Below, in pieces: positions 9,469 to 10,497 of a stretch of DNA of 10,497 nt. Under the pieces are notes generated by a model. It was not told the DNA's origin. It saw only the letters and a list, made by a program, of their open reading frames with translations, and ran no database searches. The translations under genes were made by a program, and so were the position numbers. The stretch comes from Microcoleaceae cyanobacterium. Its GTDB lineage: Bacteria > Cyanobacteriota > Cyanobacteriia > Cyanobacteriales > Microcoleaceae. The DNA is taken from positions 1 to 10,497 of the forward strand of contig JBOFUV010000051.1 of the NCBI GenBank assembly GCA_051652765.1, given 5' to 3'. Positions within the stretch are counted from its first letter, which is position 1. Each line of letters begins with the position of its first letter.

Positions 9469-9480
9469 AACTAGTTAGGC
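9462..9480 (+). mobile_element. attI: attI recombination simple site (crossover G9474|T9475)
   Basis: ACATAAT-AACTA-GTTAGGC: a degenerate inverse L box, 5-bp spacer and GTTRRRY R box, the same layout as attI1. GTTAGGC is the exact complement of the GCCTAAC R'' of the downstream attC. Confidence 0.8.
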
Positions 9481-10360
9481 AGAATTAAACTTAAGGAAAG
9501 TGAGAAATTAAAACTGTGACTGAAGATAAAGGCAAAAAGAGAGTTGCGCTTGTCACGGGTTCAACATCTGGGATTGGGATGGCGATTGCAAAGCGTCTTG
9601 CTGAAGAGGGATTTAATGTTGCTTTTCATTCCAGGTCTTCAGTACTAATTGGAGAGTCATTAGCGGAAGCACATCCAGGATCATCTTATTTTCAGGCTGA
9701 TTTGTCCGACCAGAGCCAGTCTCGTAATCTGATCGCCGAAGTATTGTCGCATCACGGTCGGTTGGATGTATTGGTCAATAATGCAGGTATTAGCGCCACG
9801 ATTCCACATACATCTCTTAAGGAAGCATCACCGGAGATCTGGCGGAGTTTGTATGAAGTCAATGTCATAGCACCTTGGACACTAATTTCAGAGGCTGAGA
9901 TTGCGCTACGCCAGTCATCAAGGAGTGAATGTCCTAGTTGTATTCTCAACATTAGCTCTCATGCAGGTATTCGCCCTAAAGGAGCTTCAATTCCTTACTC
10001 TGCTACCAAAGCTGCTCTGAATCACATGACAAAGCTACTTGCGATGAGTCTAGCACCACAGATTCGTGTGAATGCGATCGCGCCAGGTTTGGTTGACACC
10101 CCGATGAGCAAAGATTGGACAGCCGCACGAAAGCTCTGGGAAGAACGATCTCCGATGGGACGAGGAGCGCAACCAGAAGAGATAGCACAGATAGCTTTTA
10201 TGATTGTTTCAAGCCACTATCTTACGGGAGAAATTATAATTTCAGACGGAGGGCTAAATCTCACATAGTAAAAATCATGCCTAACAACCCCGTTGCACAC
10301 CGACCGAATCAAGCTGATCGGTGAGTCCGAAAAATTGCTGGCGGCGGGTGAACGGGAACG
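9475..10360 (+). mobile_element. Integron gene cassette 1 (886 bp, single SDR gene plus attC)
   Basis: Bounded by G|TTAGGC (9474) and G|TTAGAC (10360). The single ORF starts 41 bp into the cassette and attC begins 10 bp after its stop codon. Confidence 0.85.
9516..10268 (+). CDS. Classical short-chain dehydrogenase/reductase (SDR, FabG-like), 250 aa, cassette-borne
   Basis: GTG start; TGSTSGIG cofactor motif, DVLVNNAG, NISS, catalytic YSATK, RVNAIAPGLVDT and C-terminal YLTGE...DGG. Confidence 0.92.
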   Translation: MTEDKGKKRVALVTGSTSGIGMAIAKRLAEEGFNVAFHSRSSVLIGESLAEAHPGSSYFQADLSDQSQSRNLIAEVLSHHGRLDVLVNNAGISATIPHTSLKEASPEIWRSLYEVNVIAPWTLISEAEIALRQSSRSECPSCILNISSHAGIRPKGASIPYSATKAALNHMTKLLAMSLAPQIRVNAIAPGLVDTPMSKDWTAARKLWEERSPMGRGAQPEEIAQIAFMIVSSHYLTGEIIISDGGLNLT

Positions 10361-10366
10361 TTAGAC
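10279..10366 (+). mobile_element. attC: attC site (88 bp)
   Basis: R'' GCCTAAC 10279-10285, 5-bp spacer, L'' CGTTGCAC 10291-10298, then L' GTGAACG 10348-10354, 5-bp spacer, R' GTTAGAC 10360-10366. The arms pair as CGTT[G]CAC[A]CCG[A]CCG with CGGCGGGTGAACG, leaving three extrahelical bases (10295, 10299, 10303). Confidence 0.92.
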
Positions 10367-10384
10367 TTACTTCAGCGTTCAGAT

Positions 10385-10495
10385 TTAGAGATTCCTACAG
10401 AAATTTTCTAGTACTGGGACTGAGGCTCCTAAAATTTTGTCTATACCTAGCAGCAATACGGCTCCTCCAATTGCAACTATTGTGTAGTTCAATCT
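10385..10495 (-). CDS. Possible 3' end of a reverse-oriented gene in cassette 2 (partial, hydrophobic)
   Basis: Open frame from the window edge: RLNYTIVAIGGAVLLLGIDKILGASVPVLENFCRNL*. The stop at 10385-10387 is ~24 bp from the crossover. A second minus-strand frame is also open for 33 codons, so the frame is uncertain. Confidence 0.35.
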   Translation of the reverse strand, partial: RLNYTIVAIGGAVLLLGIDKILGASVPVLENFCRNL

Positions 10496-10497
10496 CT

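Larger units (their letters stand above)
1052..10081. repeat. HIP1 octamers (GCGATCGC), dispersed
   Basis: Copies start at 1052, 3051, 3623, 6189, 7557, 8336 and 10074. Seven in 10.5 kb is far above chance for an 8-mer and is a cyanobacterial hallmark. Confidence 0.9.

Noticed and set aside
10115..10324. 69-aa plus-strand ORF
   Set aside because: It overlaps the SDR gene out of frame and runs into attC.

Overview
Cyanobacterial chromosomal window (seven HIP1 octamers, GCGATCGC). The first ~9.2 kb is housekeeping-type: a glutamate synthase large subunit (GltB type), a REP-doublet-like palindrome, a type II NADH dehydrogenase, and a membrane Ser/Thr kinase with a WD40 propeller. The last ~1.3 kb is an integron platform not evident from the ORF track. 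It has an integron integrase truncated after ~22-25 codons (minus strand, abutting the kinase stop) and an attI region of five dyad-symmetric 25-bp repeats, four of them at an exact 41-bp period. There are two GTTAGGC candidate crossover sites, a complete 886-bp cassette encoding an SDR oxidoreductase, a canonical 88-bp attC, and the start of a second cassette that runs off the window.
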